A stretch of DNA of 64,000 nucleotides from assembly GCF_041956535.1 (NCBI RefSeq), contig NW_027192210.1, positions 318,021 through 382,020 on the forward strand, in the 5' to 3' direction. Below the pieces are notes generated by a model. The model saw only the letters and a list, made by a program, of their open reading frames with translations, had not been told where the DNA came from and searched no databases. This document shows, in pieces, positions 1 to 12,426 of the stretch; the stretch's first letter is position 1; each line of letters starts with the position of its first letter. A program made the translations under genes and the position numbers. The DNA comes from Calcarisporiella thermophila CBS 279.70. Lineage: Eukaryota > Fungi > Calcarisporiellomycota.

Positions 1-1157
1 CAACGAGCGATGGCGCGAAATTTGCTGGAGGCGGCCTGGCAAATGCTATGATGGCCGCGGAACGCTCATTCATAATGCTATGAAATTTTTCAGCAGCTGC
101 AATGACCTTTTCGAGGTCCGAGCCCGGGAAGATCAGCTGGCCACTGAATACTTCGTTAGGCTGATCAAACGCACGATAAACAAACTACAAGGAGAGAAGA
201 GGGTTGATTTCTTTTGACAAGCCAACGGGTGGAAGAACCCCATTATAGTCCTGCGTCTACCATACCTCTGTAACGGCTCCCAAACATTTGCCATATCCTC
301 GAATACCCCAAAAAATTTCAGGATTCTCTGTCTTGGAGGCCTTGATAATCTTCCCATCCGCGGTAATCATCTCTACTTCTTCAAGAACATCGATTACAAG
401 ACCCTGTAGCATTGTGGGGTTAGGGATGACATAAGGTTCCTTATTCAATAAAAATATAAGAAAAGCAGTAATTATTCAAACCATACATAAAATCCAGTCA
501 ACCATCCGTATCCGCCCCCAAGTGTTAAACCCCCAATACCGGTATGATTGACGGTACCACCGACTTTGTAAGGCGCATAATAATAGTAATATTTTAGAAA
601 GATAGGGAGAAATAGACAGCACTCCAAGCAAGCAAACCTGTGGCGAGCTTATGTTTTGCTAACGCCCCATCAACGTCACGCCAGGTGGCACCACCTCCCG
701 CGTAGACCAGTTTTCTTTCCGGGTCTACCTTGACCTGATTAAGTTGGGTTAGATCAACGACGATACCGCTGCTACTAGAACCGCCTGAGCACGAATGACC
801 GCCGCCTTTGACGGCCATATTGATTTTATTGGCGGTGACAAATTTTAGCTATAAAAGGAACATGCAGGTTTAAGAGGTGGGTGAAAGACTTCAATTTGAA
901 GGGAAAATCGTACAGTAAGGGAGACATCCTGAGCGCTGGCGCACTGGACGACCATTTGCGCACGCCGCACCGCCGTTTCCGACCACCTAGAATCATGTTC
1001 CGCGTTGAACCATACCATTAGACCTTACACTACAACTAGCCACAACTAACCTCTCAAGGGATCGCTCATACCCATCATCGCCCGGAACAAACACTCTTGC
1101 ACCTGGGGAAAGGTTCTTTTTGAAGCTATCGATTTCGTTCTGCTTTATTGCCACCAT
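1..1157 (-). CDS. FAD-linked oxidoreductase (BBE/VAO-like FAD_binding_4), multi-exon, 3' end runs off the window
   Basis: Spliced exons read [16 protein letters not shown]...[15 protein letters not shown] (covalent-FAD His motif), [35 protein letters not shown] and [10 protein letters not shown], separated by GT-AG introns. Confidence 0.9.
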
Positions 1158-1920
1158 TTTCTTGATGTTCGAAAGTGAGGGGGGAAAATTTGAGCAAAAA
1201 ATAAGACGTGAAAAACTAGTTGTAATTTGTATTTATACTATGCCTGGGATTACTTGTGTGCATGGGGGCTTTCACCTGGCGTGAATATACGTTAATAGCC
1301 ACTTCAGCCGAGTAGAAAAGAGACACTCGTCCTATGAAGTCCAATGAAGTCGAGGTGATTCACCACAACTAAATCAAATTTATGCCTGCAAAAATAGAAT
1401 AGAGTGTTCTGGCTATGGACCGCTCTTTTGACCGGCCAAAAAATCAGGCATCCAATACAATGAAAGCCTTAAAAGAGCTCGACGATAAAGTGAGGCAGAT
1501 GATTTCTTGCTATCCAATTTTTTTTTCCCGGACGTCCGAATTCTACTGTGTGACATTTTAGAAAGTTTAATATTTGTCAAATAGATTCTAAGGTGATAGG
1601 CTAATGGCGCGTGGCTCAGAACCTTGTATTGGGATGGGATGAAAGACAGCGTTTAACCTTTTTTTGTCATTCACCGGAATGGAGAAGAAAAAGAAGCCAT
1701 GTTTATTATCTGAAATAATCCCATTTTTATTCATCAGTTTTAAACACTTATTTGTAGTAAGAAAGAGAGATAATATTATGAATTGATGATTAAAGAAGAC
1801 TAATATATATAAACAAATATGCTAATTCTTCATAATATTTATTATAAATGCGAGATAGGAGGGAGAAGGAAGGGAAGAGAGTAATTTAGATGGAGAGAGA
1901 ATCATGGCAGTGCTTTGGAC

Positions 1921-2835
1921 TTAAGCACGTGGTCTCTGCATCGGCGGCGAGAAGCGGTTACGGAGAGCGGCACCCACAGGATTGGGGACGGGGCGGAGGA
2001 TGTCACCTAGGCCCTGGTTTGCTCGCACGCCACCAATAGTTTGGGCACCACCACGAGCGAACCCGCTGAGAGTGTTGATGACGAAAGCAATTGGGTTGGT
2101 GCCGATGTCGGCAAGGGTGTTAGGAATACCAATGACGTCGAGGTTGGGGCCAGTGGCGATGATACGGCCATATCGGTCACGAGGGAATCCGGGGCCGATT
2201 TGTTGGCGTTTAGCAAACGACCGCAAGAGATGTTCAACATCCGCGTTGTCAGTCTGTGCTTGATCATCAGTCTCTGCTTCCTCGCTGTGGAACGTCTCCT
2301 CCTTGGCTACTTCTTCAGACTCGTGATTGCTCTCGTCCTCGGGGAGATCACGCTTGCGGTAAGCGGTGGGCCGTACCCATACGCATCCAGCGAATCCAGT
2401 GGGACTGTTGAGCCGCACTAAACACGTGCCACCAGGGCCCATGCAGCGCACATCCGAGGGGATGGTGAAGTCGACGTTGTAGAGACCCTGGCCACCAATG
2501 CCGGCAAACCCGGGGATGTTTCGGGTGATGGGAAGCTGCCTGCTGAATCCTCGGCCGTCTCGGGTGTCGATCATGGCAGCGAGAGGGCCTCCACCATCGA
2601 GGTTGTGGGTGCTCCAGACCCAACGGTTGGTACCATAGTACACGGGGTTGGGGCTGGTAGGAGGAGGAATCTCGACACCAACTCCACAGGGCGATTGCGA
2701 CGTGAAGCGAATACAGTCGAAGAAGCCGCGGTCCGTGCGGACGTTGAATGCACGGGGCTCGACGAGCTTACCGTGGCCGAGGACAAGCCCGGCGCAGGAT
2801 GCAAGAACAACAAGCTTTGAGAAGACACCGACCAT
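1921..2835 (-). CDS. Secreted precursor (304 aa): signal peptide, His1-starting Egh16/GAS1 (DUF3129)-like domain, RKR, acidic spacer, KR, 94-aa C-terminal peptide
   Basis: ATG at 2835. Signal MVGVFSKLVVLASCAGLVLG is followed by HGKLVEP. THNLDGGGP and CxGxxxxCLVRLNSPTGFAGCV resemble the Egh16-family motifs HQVNADGAGP and CxVRCxN..GPFGGC. Intronless, TATA box upstream. Confidence 0.75.
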   Translation of the reverse strand: MVGVFSKLVVLASCAGLVLGHGKLVEPRAFNVRTDRGFFDCIRFTSQSPCGVGVEIPPPTSPNPVYYGTNRWVWSTHNLDGGGPLAAMIDTRDGRGFSRQLPITRNIPGFAGIGGQGLYNVDFTIPSDVRCMGPGGTCLVRLNSPTGFAGCVWVRPTAYRKRDLPEDESNHESEEVAKEETFHSEEAETDDQAQTDNADVEHLLRSFAKRQQIGPGFPRDRYGRIIATGPNLDVIGIPNTLADIGTNPIAFVINTLSGFARGGAQTIGGVRANQGLGDILRPVPNPVGAALRNRFSPPMQRPRA

Positions 2836-2954
2836 GATTGTGTGTAAGTAATGAATGTAAAACGAATGTAATGGGTGAGAAGGGTGTGAAGATTGTTGTT
2901 GTAAAAGAGAGAAGAGTGATTTGATGCAGAAAATTGGAGAGTACAACCACGGTC

Positions 2955-2962
2955 TATTTATA
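2955..2962 (-). promoter_or_regulatory. TATA box (TATAAATA) of the Egh16-like precursor gene
   Basis: Exact consensus about 120 bp upstream of the ATG. Confidence 0.6.
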
Positions 2963-4998
2963 CGGTTGTCCACGCCTCGAGGACAGGAATGGAAATGTCT
3001 TATCCGAGAATACCTTCTGGGAAGTGGTCAGTCGCCTGAGACCTAGTGCGTTGGCCGATTAATTTCCATGATGGTCCAGGTTTTAAACAAACGACTTCGC
3101 CGGGAAATTTTTGGGTTCAATTCTATGGCGCACTCTTCGTTGCTCTTAAAACTTTCCTCAGTCACAAGATTAGACGGATGGGCCTTGATCAGTAAGTGTT
3201 TTTTGCGTATTCCATAGTATTGTGTCTCCCCGAAACTTGCGCTAACATTTAGTATAATACCGTAAAACCGTACTAGATAAAGCAATTTCCGCAAATGGAA
3301 GGAGAGCTGAGTAGGAAATGCTCACTTCCCAAATGCTTCCTTGGTGACATAGACATAGCCAATTTCCCAGGTGGTCTCAGCGGAGTTGGACAATGCTGAG
3401 GCGATCGCTCCGCTTTCTCCTCTTACCTAAGGCGCGACCTTCCTCCTTATGGAGATCCGTGGGCCTGAGCATTGTTGTGACTATGCTCAGGCCAATAGTC
3501 CCTGCAATATCGAGAGACTTGGCAGGTAAAGTAAAATATTTGCATGAGGGAGGTCGATGGTAATGCGTTGATGCGTGCGCGATACCACGAGCCGAAAAGA
3601 ACAATGGGTAGTCCACACTAAAGGCAGAGAGGAGAGCAGATTCAAAAGGGCCTAATCGGTTGTTTGTTATGCTTAGGATGTTTCAAAGGTCACCAACAGA
3701 GCTTCCTCAGGTATATCGGATCTCCACGTTTTTGGTGGAGTCAAGTAGGCAAAGCCCGGACTCAATCCACGAATTTGGGGGAAAGTAGCCACTTCACTAT
3801 GTCCAACTCTCGTGTTGTGATGACCATTATGGCTCGTGGAGCCAGCAAAGGGTGGCAGACGGTATCGCCACTTTTAGCACGAGTAGTGAGGAAGTTTGTA
3901 GAGCTCGATCTCTAGTAGAAGATTGCCTAGGTTCCCGAGTTTGCATTTAGATTAGAGAGCATTCATATGACCTAAGGATAACATATATCCTTCGATATGG
4001 CTGGTCCTTTTTTCCCCTCGATAACTCTTCGTTTGAGCACGTGGTTCTCACCTTCCCGAGTGACGGAGGCCAGGTGTGAGGAGACTTCCAAATGAAGGAT
4101 CGCCGCGATGACATCCCGGGAAGTTGGCTGCGGGCCACTCTGAACCAAGATTTATTGTATAAGCAGAGCGCTTCCTCGTGTCCCTAGGTGCCATTCCGAT
4201 TAGAAGGTCGCTTTGCATCCCCGAAACTGCTCACGTTTCATGCGAACCGTCGTGCTAGAATGGTCTCACCTTTGCCACGCACTGGCCAGGAATCCCTGAG
4301 AAATTTTGTCTCACACTGGGCCGCCTGCTCGGACCAGGGTTAAATCTGTACTCGAGCCAGCTGGGCATTGGCCAACGATGTCACTCTTCACTCGGTCATC
4401 CTGGGTTCAGTCGACCTAATTTCGCAAAGATCAACCATTCCAATCAGGCCGACTTTCACATCAAACTTACTCTTCTCTTAACACCCCACTCCGAAGCGCT
4501 CATGGCCGCGATTTCTACCCTATCACCACTAGATCCGATCTGGATGCAATCGCGGTGGTTTTGTGTCAAGTCCGCGGCTCTTTTATTCCGGCCCCTAGGC
4601 TGAAGGCTCTCTGAGACTCGGATGCCCCCAATATAATTCTTCCGATTAAATAATCAACACCTCCCCTCTTTGCAAAGGCCAGTTGCAGCTCCTTATTCGA
4701 TTTCTCCTTGAGGCCATCTCCATCCTCCTTTGGAACCATGGCCGTGCCCAAATTCGCTTATTAAACTCTATATTGGCTGGCAATTAGATAGTAAGTATAT
4801 ATTCCCGTAATAGCAACAGATAAACGGGGCTCAAGAACATGCAATAAAGTGCAACTCAAAGTACAAGTACAATGAAAGGATATATGTAGCAAAGATGAAG
4901 AAAAATAAAAAATAAAAGAGGGATCAAATTAACCTTCGCTGATAGTATACATTCATCTCCGCAGTCAGAGAAGTTAAAAAAAATTAATTAGCTATACA

Positions 4999-7900
4999 TC
5001 ACTCTATTCTCTTTCTCTTCTTTCCAAGCGAACCTCCTTTTCGTCCCTCACGTTTTCGTTTTTGAGGTTGCCGTGTGGACGCAGAAACTGTGCTGGAAGA
5101 TTCCTCGTCTAGATGAGAGCGCTGGCTGCTCCCAACCGATCGGGAGCTTGCTCTGCTTTTCCGTGAATTTCCACCCCGCCTCCTGGCTGGGGGCACTTCA
5201 TCTTCGCTAGGAGACCCAACAGTCTCCACGTCGCTCTCGTCGCTGTCCCCTGGATTCCAGATGGGAAACTCTCCAATTCGCTCTCTAAGCTTCAAGTCCG
5301 GTATCACCACTCTCACTTCAACGTTTTTCCAAGAATTGGGTTCTACAGTCCATCCCAGGTCGAAATCCTCATCTTCCTCAGATTGATCCTCCTCGCTCTC
5401 ACTCGCCGAGGCCTCCTCTGTGAAGACATCGGTATCATACTCTGCTACTCTTTCCTCCACCCTTTCTTCCTCCCTGGTTCGCCCCTGCTCCAAGTCGGCA
5501 TGATCTGCAAGCTCTCGGCTGACGTCGACCCCACTCTCCACTTTATCATTGTGCCTACCTTTATCCTCCGAGAAGGAAGTCTGTTGATCCAGGCGTTGCT
5601 GCCGAGCTTTTTGGGATAGAAAGTTGGGTTGGCGGGGAATAGTTACACGGGTTTGAATGGATCGGGAGGGGAGCGGCGTCGCTATAAGCTCGGGCGAGTA
5701 TTCGGTTGAGTCCGCCTCGGTCGGATGGTCGGGAGTAGAAGGATTCGAGGAATGAACATTCTCCAGAGGGCGGGCGTAGCTTAGTGCATCTTCGAGAGGG
5801 TCCGCACCGACACTACTGTATTCACAACATAGTTGGCTCTTCATCATCCCTAGAAAATGTTCTGGGCATCTAACTTACTCGATGATATGCTTCATTTTCC
5901 GTAACTCAGCCCGTTTCTCGGCAATTTTATCGTGTCCATAGGCCCATGACATAAACAGGGACTGAGAGGACTGCTGCTCCCCCTCCTGCTCCACTTCGTT
6001 ATCCCGTTCTATCTCCTCCTCCTCCTCCTGCTGTTCCATCTCTTGTTCCACTAGTTCCACCTGTTCCTCTTCTTCCCTTCGCTCCATTGCTTTCTCTTGA
6101 ACCCCCTCCTTCTCCAGCTCCACTACCTCATCTGGCCTAGTAGTGTGCATATTTACCTTTTGAACTGCTTCTTCCATAGATATTAGCTCATCATCTGATT
6201 CCTCTTCAAGCAGAATGGGATCTGTTGCATCTTTGACCGTTCTTCGCCCATGGGGTATTAAATCGGGACCTTGCCTAACTCTATCAAGGTTCGAGTCCCT
6301 TGGCGGTTGATTCGGGGTTGAAGTGTGTAGAATTCCTTCCATTAGGTTCTTGGTGGAGACTATAGTTGAGGTTGGCTTCGTATCGGGTTTCGTTGAAATC
6401 TGTGTCCCTTCCATCTCAGCGTCTGACAACTGACTAATTATCTCTCTTTGGCCGTTTTGCGATTCATCTTCTGAAGTCTCCTCATCACTCACCAAAATGA
6501 CGGGTTCGAGACTTGCAATCTCCAGAGTAATATCTTCAGGTGCATTCTCACACTCACGTATCAATAGCGCCAGATCTTCATAACCAAGTCTACGGAGAAG
6601 AGCCAGTTAGTATTGAATGGATGAAGCTTGCCACGTTAAAATGGCATACTTTTCGCGTAACCACCCCTGCTTTAGAGATGGGCCCTCTTGCATACTGGTC
6701 AGCTCCGCAGAATTTTTTTCCACAGGCGCTTCCATTGAATGATTGCTTGAACTACGGTGTGGTATATTCGATACAGAAACCTCGTTCTCCTCCTCGTCTT
6801 TGTTGTCATTATCCTGGTAATGTGCGTCCAATTGGGTGGGAAGAGGGTCAGAGTCAGGCGAAATCGGAACCTGTGAGGGCAGAGGGAATGGGGGTGGCGT
6901 AGACTCAATTTGTGATGAGGATGAGAGATGGTCGGCCGAAGTCGGACGCTTGTTCCTCTCTACTATAGGAGGTGGTTGCTGGGTACCCTTAGTCTGCACA
7001 TTATCAGCAGAAGTGGCGGACAAAATTATCACAGCAGACGGTATATTTGCATGCTCACGGTTTGAATTCACATAGTCCAGGGTTCCATTGGGTGAAGTTG
7101 CCATGGCAGGCGACGACGTGCCTCGATCCGATTTCTCTCCAAGAGGTTGGTTAGATAACAAGGTAGGGGTTGCCTCGCGTTCTTGAGTTCCATTTAGGGC
7201 GGCTCTCTCAGTTTGCGCCCAAGCGTCAACCTTGATTATAGGTTTTTTATAGCCAGGAACTACCTCGTTCGGCTCTGATGGATCGTTCTCGGATAGCTAA
7301 ATAGAGAGAGAATGCAAATTGGATGTGTTTAGGCTTTCTCTGACCAGTTTCTAATCTGGAAGAACTCACTTGTATGAAAGCTGGAACCGGGAGAAGCTTG
7401 ATGAACAATTTCATTTCTTTGCGAAGTAATTCAAGGAGGTTATTTCCGAGGTAACTTCGTTCGTCCGTGTCCAGGGGGCACTCCAGCTTTTCAATCAGCT
7501 ATGATATACAAAACAAGATCATGGAGGGTAGGCAATGGTGTTCACTCAATTATTTGTCCAAAGGAAATTAAATTACATCATAAGATTGCTGCTCGTATTT
7601 CTCAATAAACGCATCTCTGCACTCGGTATCAACCTCCTCCAGCCATGCAAGTTTCTCTACGGGGGTGAATACGGATTGCATCACATGCTCGAACACATCC
7701 TCTGCCTTCATCATTTTCAGCATGACGACCTACAGATAAACAGAAGTTCAATAAACGAGGTTCAAGGGATACGTTGTCTGCGTTCAACATTGTAGCTACC
7801 ACAGCTTTCAACTCAATGTAGGCGTCCAAAAATTCTGTGTACTCGGGGGATTTTTCGACTGTCAACGAAACCAGTTCATCGGCCACTTCGGATACAAGCT

Positions 7901-8432
7901 GACTTGCATCGTCGCCATCATTCATCACGGCGTCTACTGCATCAAGCGCTCTCACGCACCACTGAGTGAAGTTGGATCGCATAAGTGGTATGACATCGCG
8001 CTTCGAATCCAAATAATCTAATGCGGCATTGGAGGTATATGTGCGGAACCTTGCGAGGTGGGCGTCTAAGCAATAAAAAAATGTCGATTTTTCTCACATA
8101 TTAGTATGTAGAACAAGGCTAGTGTATTGCAATGGCACAAAGAACGTCGAATGCAATAGTGGTGGAGTTTAGTAACGCAAATTACCATAATAGAGCTGCC
8201 AATAGCGGCCGTTCCTTAACTCCAGATCTGTCTCTGCTGCCTCCTCTATAGCGCGATAAGCAATATAGTCCAACAGCCGAAGATTCTGCAGTATAAAGGT
8301 TGGGCTCAGTTTGACTCCTTGTTTTGGCCGTCCGTTATCCGATGTGATCGTATTTGACCGGATAATAGGACGCTTTTTAAGTGGAGTCAAACGTGAGTAA
8401 TCCGCCTTGGCCTGCGATTCTGATCTTGACAT
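4999..8432 (-). CDS. Uncharacterised large multi-exon, probably nuclear protein: helical N-terminal domain, acidic disordered body, C-terminal basic NLS-like tract
   Basis: Same-strand ORFs 8169-8471, 7629-8012, 6607-7161, 5875-6564 and 4999-5847 can be joined by GT-AG introns (e.g. 6590-6649). Ends KRKREGRKGGSLGKKRKRIE. Confidence 0.7.
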
Positions 8433-8598
8433 GACCGAATGTTTCAAATCATAGAGACAGTCGGGAGACAAAACAACGCGTTTCTTTCCTCTTCAATATA
8501 AAAACAAGTCACATGGTGGCTTACTTCTCGATTTAATGATGACGGTGTAAATTGATTCGACGACTTAATGAAGGATCATATCATATTTTGCACAATAT

Positions 8599-9931
8599 AT
8601 GGCTTCTCAGCTTCCCACCCGTTGTCATCAAACTCTCAAAGGACATACTGGCCCGGTACATGCAGTCAAATATAATACAAATGGCGAATATTGTCTAACG
8701 GGCGGGCAAGATCGCACTATACGGCTATGGAATCCCAATACTGCAAGTTGTATTAAAACTTACTCCGGGCATGGTAACTGGGTACTAGGAATAAGCGTGT
8801 AGGTCCAACTCTCATTTTCTTACTTTATAATCCTGTATAAAAGCTCTCAATTAACCAGTAACAATAAATCTCTTTCTTTTTTTTAAAGAGCGCCAGATAA
8901 TGCACGATTTGCAAGCTGTGGTGGGGATCGTGCAGTCTTTCTCTGGGACGTGGCCACCGGCCGGAGTATCGTTCGGTTTTCCGGGCACTATCAGAGAGTT
9001 AACTGTGTGGGATTCAATAGGGATGCTAGCGTCATTGTCAGCGGTATGGTCAAGCTTATTCATTAGTACTGGAGTTTCTTGAGCTCATATCTCTTTCTAT
9101 AGGCTCGGATGATACTACTGTACGGATATGGGATTGCAAGTAGGCCAATGAACCCTCCAGGACCGTTTCTCTTCTCATTTGGTTAATCTATCTCGATTTG
9201 CATGTACAGATCGCGAGCTAAATTTCCCATCCAGATCCTAGAAGAGGCGAAAGACGGGGTAACTTCACTACAAGTGTCCGACTACCAGATCATCACTGGG
9301 TAATTCATTTGGCCTTACCTTTACTTAGCCCCCATTCTCCAGTCTGAACTACGACTGAACCGTTTTTTTTACAAGCTCGACCGATGGCAGAACTCGAGTA
9401 TACGATCTTCGATTTGGAAAAGTATATGAAGATTACATAGGAAGTAAGTTTTCTCTACTCGACAGGATCTCCGCAAATCCATGTCTCAACTCTTTAATGT
9501 AATCAGACCCTATCACCTCTGTGCGGTTCAGCGGAGATGGCAACTGCATTCTAGTCAGCTCAACCGACAATACGCTACGTCTGATGGATAAAGAGAATGG
9601 GCAGCTATTAAATGAGTAATGCACCCGTTTCCTGCTTTTTATATATCGACTCAAGAATCCCTAACCCGTGTCCGAATGTAGTTTCCGCGGCCACAAACAT
9701 GAGAAATTCAAAATCCAGTCCTGTCTTTCCTACGATGATGCCTACGTGTTCAGCGGCTCTGAAGACGGCAACATCTATGCTTGGGACCTGATTGAGGGCC
9801 AAATGGCGGCGCAGCTCCGAGAGCATAGCAATGTAGTGACAGCTCTCGAGTATCATCCGAATGAAAATTACCTGTTGTCGGGGAGCGTGGACGGAACTGC
9901 TAAAGTCTGGGCCGTGCCCAACTTCGCATAG
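8599..9931 (+). CDS. WDR83: WD40 repeat protein, WDR83/MORG1 orthologue
   Basis: LKGHTGPVHAVKYNTNGEYCLTGGQDRTIRLWNP, FASCGGDR, GSEDGNIYAWDL and LLSGSVDGTAKVW; about 8 exons with GT-AG introns. Confidence 0.85.
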
Positions 9932-10290
9932 TCCTACTTGTAAATAGCGAATGGACTAGTAAATGCATTCTATTTATTAACAACAACAAACTGCCTAAAG
10001 AAAGAAGAATGAGAGTAACTCAAAAAAAAAAAAAATCGGAAATAATAAAGAAAGCGAGAGAAAAAATAGTTGAAAATAATATTGTGAACTAGAAATGAAG
10101 ACAATAATATAAACAAAATTTTGGTAATAATAGATTATGGTATTTTTACAGTATGTAAAAAAAAAAAAGAAGAAAAAAGAGAGAAGTAAGAGTCAACATA
10201 TCAATCAACCAGGCCCAATACAATCCAAAGCTCGAAGTTACATTCGATAAAATTAGTGAGTGTTAATAAGTTTAATTAGTTAACTAGTAA

Positions 10291-10329
10291 AGTGAGTGTG
10301 AGTGAGTGAGTGAGTGAGTGAGTGTGAGT
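10291..10329. repeat. (GAGT)n microsatellite in the 3' UTR of the C2H2 gene
   Basis: gtgagtgtgagtgagtgagtgagtgagtgagtgtgagt read directly. Confidence 0.9.
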
Positions 10330-10366
10330 ATATAAACTTGGGGTCATCGGGAGGGGGGAATGTTTC

Positions 10367-11672
10367 TCAATTTCTATCACTGAAGACCTCGCCCATGCCC
10401 AACTCCAGCTGCATAGGGGATTGTGAGAGGGGTCGCCAGTTCTGCATTACATCCATGTTGCGCATCGTTACCAACTGAAAGTCAATATCCACCCCACTAC
10501 GTTGTTGCCAAGAGATCATGGGTGAGGGTTGAGAAGGCTGCGAGTGGTCCTCGGAGCGCTGGAGATGGGTGGAGGTTTGTGGAGAAGGACGCCCGGCTTT
10601 GAAATGTATTTTGATATGCCGCCTCAAGTTACTTTGAACGGAGAAGCAGCGGCCGCAGCCCTCAACGGGGCAGCGAAAAGGTTTCTATGTGAGCGCACAA
10701 AAAAAGGATAAGCATCAAAGCAAATCCGTTAGCAGAGCTGCAAGCAATGGGGGTATCTACCTGGCCGGTATGTGAATGCATATGCGTCGCAAGGCTCGAA
10801 GGCCTAGAGAATCGCTTCTGACACACACTGCAAGGATATCTCCTCAATGGAGAGGTTCCGATTTTCGAGTTGAAAGTGAGCATCATCGACGGATCCGGGA
10901 TAGCCTTCTTTTTCTGCGAGGGGCATTTTTGTGTTGGAAGCGCCTGCGCCGAAGGAGAGGACTCCAAATATCGAAAAGAGGATAGGTCTTCGGATGGTGA
11001 GGAATTGTATTGAGATGGGTGGGAAGGTGTCGATGGCGTTAGGGTCATCATATGTCCCTGCCCGTAATTTAGGGGTGAAAAGCCAAGAAAAGATGGATGA
11101 TCAAGAGGATTGGGTGTGGAGTATAAGCGCGCGTAGCGAATCGATTCTGCGCCCTCACCTGCGGATCCGGGAGTAATGGGTGAAGATGATACAGTAGGCG
11201 GAGAGAGCATCGCCTTCTCGCCAGCATTCGATGGCGTGGCGGAATGATGCGTGTTGGACGGGAACACGAGGTTGGCTAACACTTCCGGGCTCCTTGGCTT
11301 GGGAGTTGCCGCAGTCGGTTCCAGAACGGGGTAGAGAGGAAGCGAGTGCCGTCGATAGTACGGGGAGAGAGGAGTATTAGAGGGTAGAACTACAGAATTG
11401 CGGGAATAAAGAGATTGGCCCGTGCTGGTGCCGTCGGCAGCAACATTCATGGGCGAGGCATCCTCACATGTAAAGGCCGAGAGACTAATACTTTGCGACT
11501 TCGCCGTGTCGGCTGCGGAGACGGTGGAAGAAGGCGGGAGTTCATAAGTGCCTATGCGGGGAATGCTTTCGTAGGAAAGTAAACTAGTGAAGGATGTGGG
11601 ATGCGAGGGGGAGTGCTGCGAGTGTGGAGGGGGGGTATTGAAGCTGGAATTTTTCTCTGACATTTCATACAT
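10367..11672 (-). CDS. Two-finger C2H2 zinc-finger transcription factor, MtfA-like (exons 11672-10761, 10684-10367)
   Basis: After splicing: [53 protein letters not shown]. The preceding FNSK motif resembles the MtfA family. Confidence 0.85.
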
Positions 11673-12426
11673 TAACAATCAATCTTGTTTGTTTGTGTCC
11701 ACGCAGAAATAGAGGCTGGCACGACAAGCTATTAAAGCGGGGAAATTAATGGAAGAATGACTCTCCTGTGAGCAATTGAATGAGAGAAAAGGGGGGAGGG
11801 GAGAGGGAGGAGAGGAGACAAGAGAAAGGGAAATGAAAGAGATGGGAAATGCAATTTTAAAAAGAGCAAGAGAATAAGAACAAAAAAAGGAGCAAACATA
11901 TATGAAACAAAATTTTTCACACTAGTAGAATAATTTGCAAAAAAAAATCCAGTAAGGCTATATATCCAATTCTGGACGCCTTTCACTTATCTTGCTTCTC
12001 TCATACGTTATAGGCTAATGACCTTGGCTGTGTTAATCGAAATTTTTACATCCAATATTATCCATATGGTTATAGTATCAACCCTGAGATGAAAACGGAA
12101 AAATGCTGCTCTAGGTCGTATATTGCATGTTAACTGATCACTGACAATTGCTAAAATCAAGATACCTCCTTAAACATTTTAGGAGTCCTTGCTGCCAGAT
12201 TGGATCTCTCGTCTTGCCATACTGGTTCTGAAAAAGGGTTGGATTCGTTGCCCTCTTAACTGCACTAGGAAATCCGATAAGCTCATACAAGGATTTCAAA
12301 CCTAGCGCGTGGTGGCCGAGCTAAGCCACCGGACTTCGGGCTAACGATGTCTTCGTGCATTGTCCGGCGAAGAGAAGTTTCCACCTTTTACATTCTTCCA
12401 GTTCTTCACCCAGTAGATATATCAGG

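Noticed and set aside
3043-4751. Several short ORFs and an intron-like GTAAGT...AG on the minus strand; possible TE relic or lncRNA
   Set aside because: No transposase or RT motifs, terminal repeats or coherent reading frame found.
6288-6298. GGTTCGAGTCC, a perfect Pol III B-box/tRNA T-loop motif
   Set aside because: Lies antisense within a coding exon; no cloverleaf or acceptor stem can be formed around it.
6590-6631. Apparent GC-AG intron (GCAAGC donor)
   Set aside because: It would create a TGA stop; the canonical GTATGC donor at 6649 gives an open frame.
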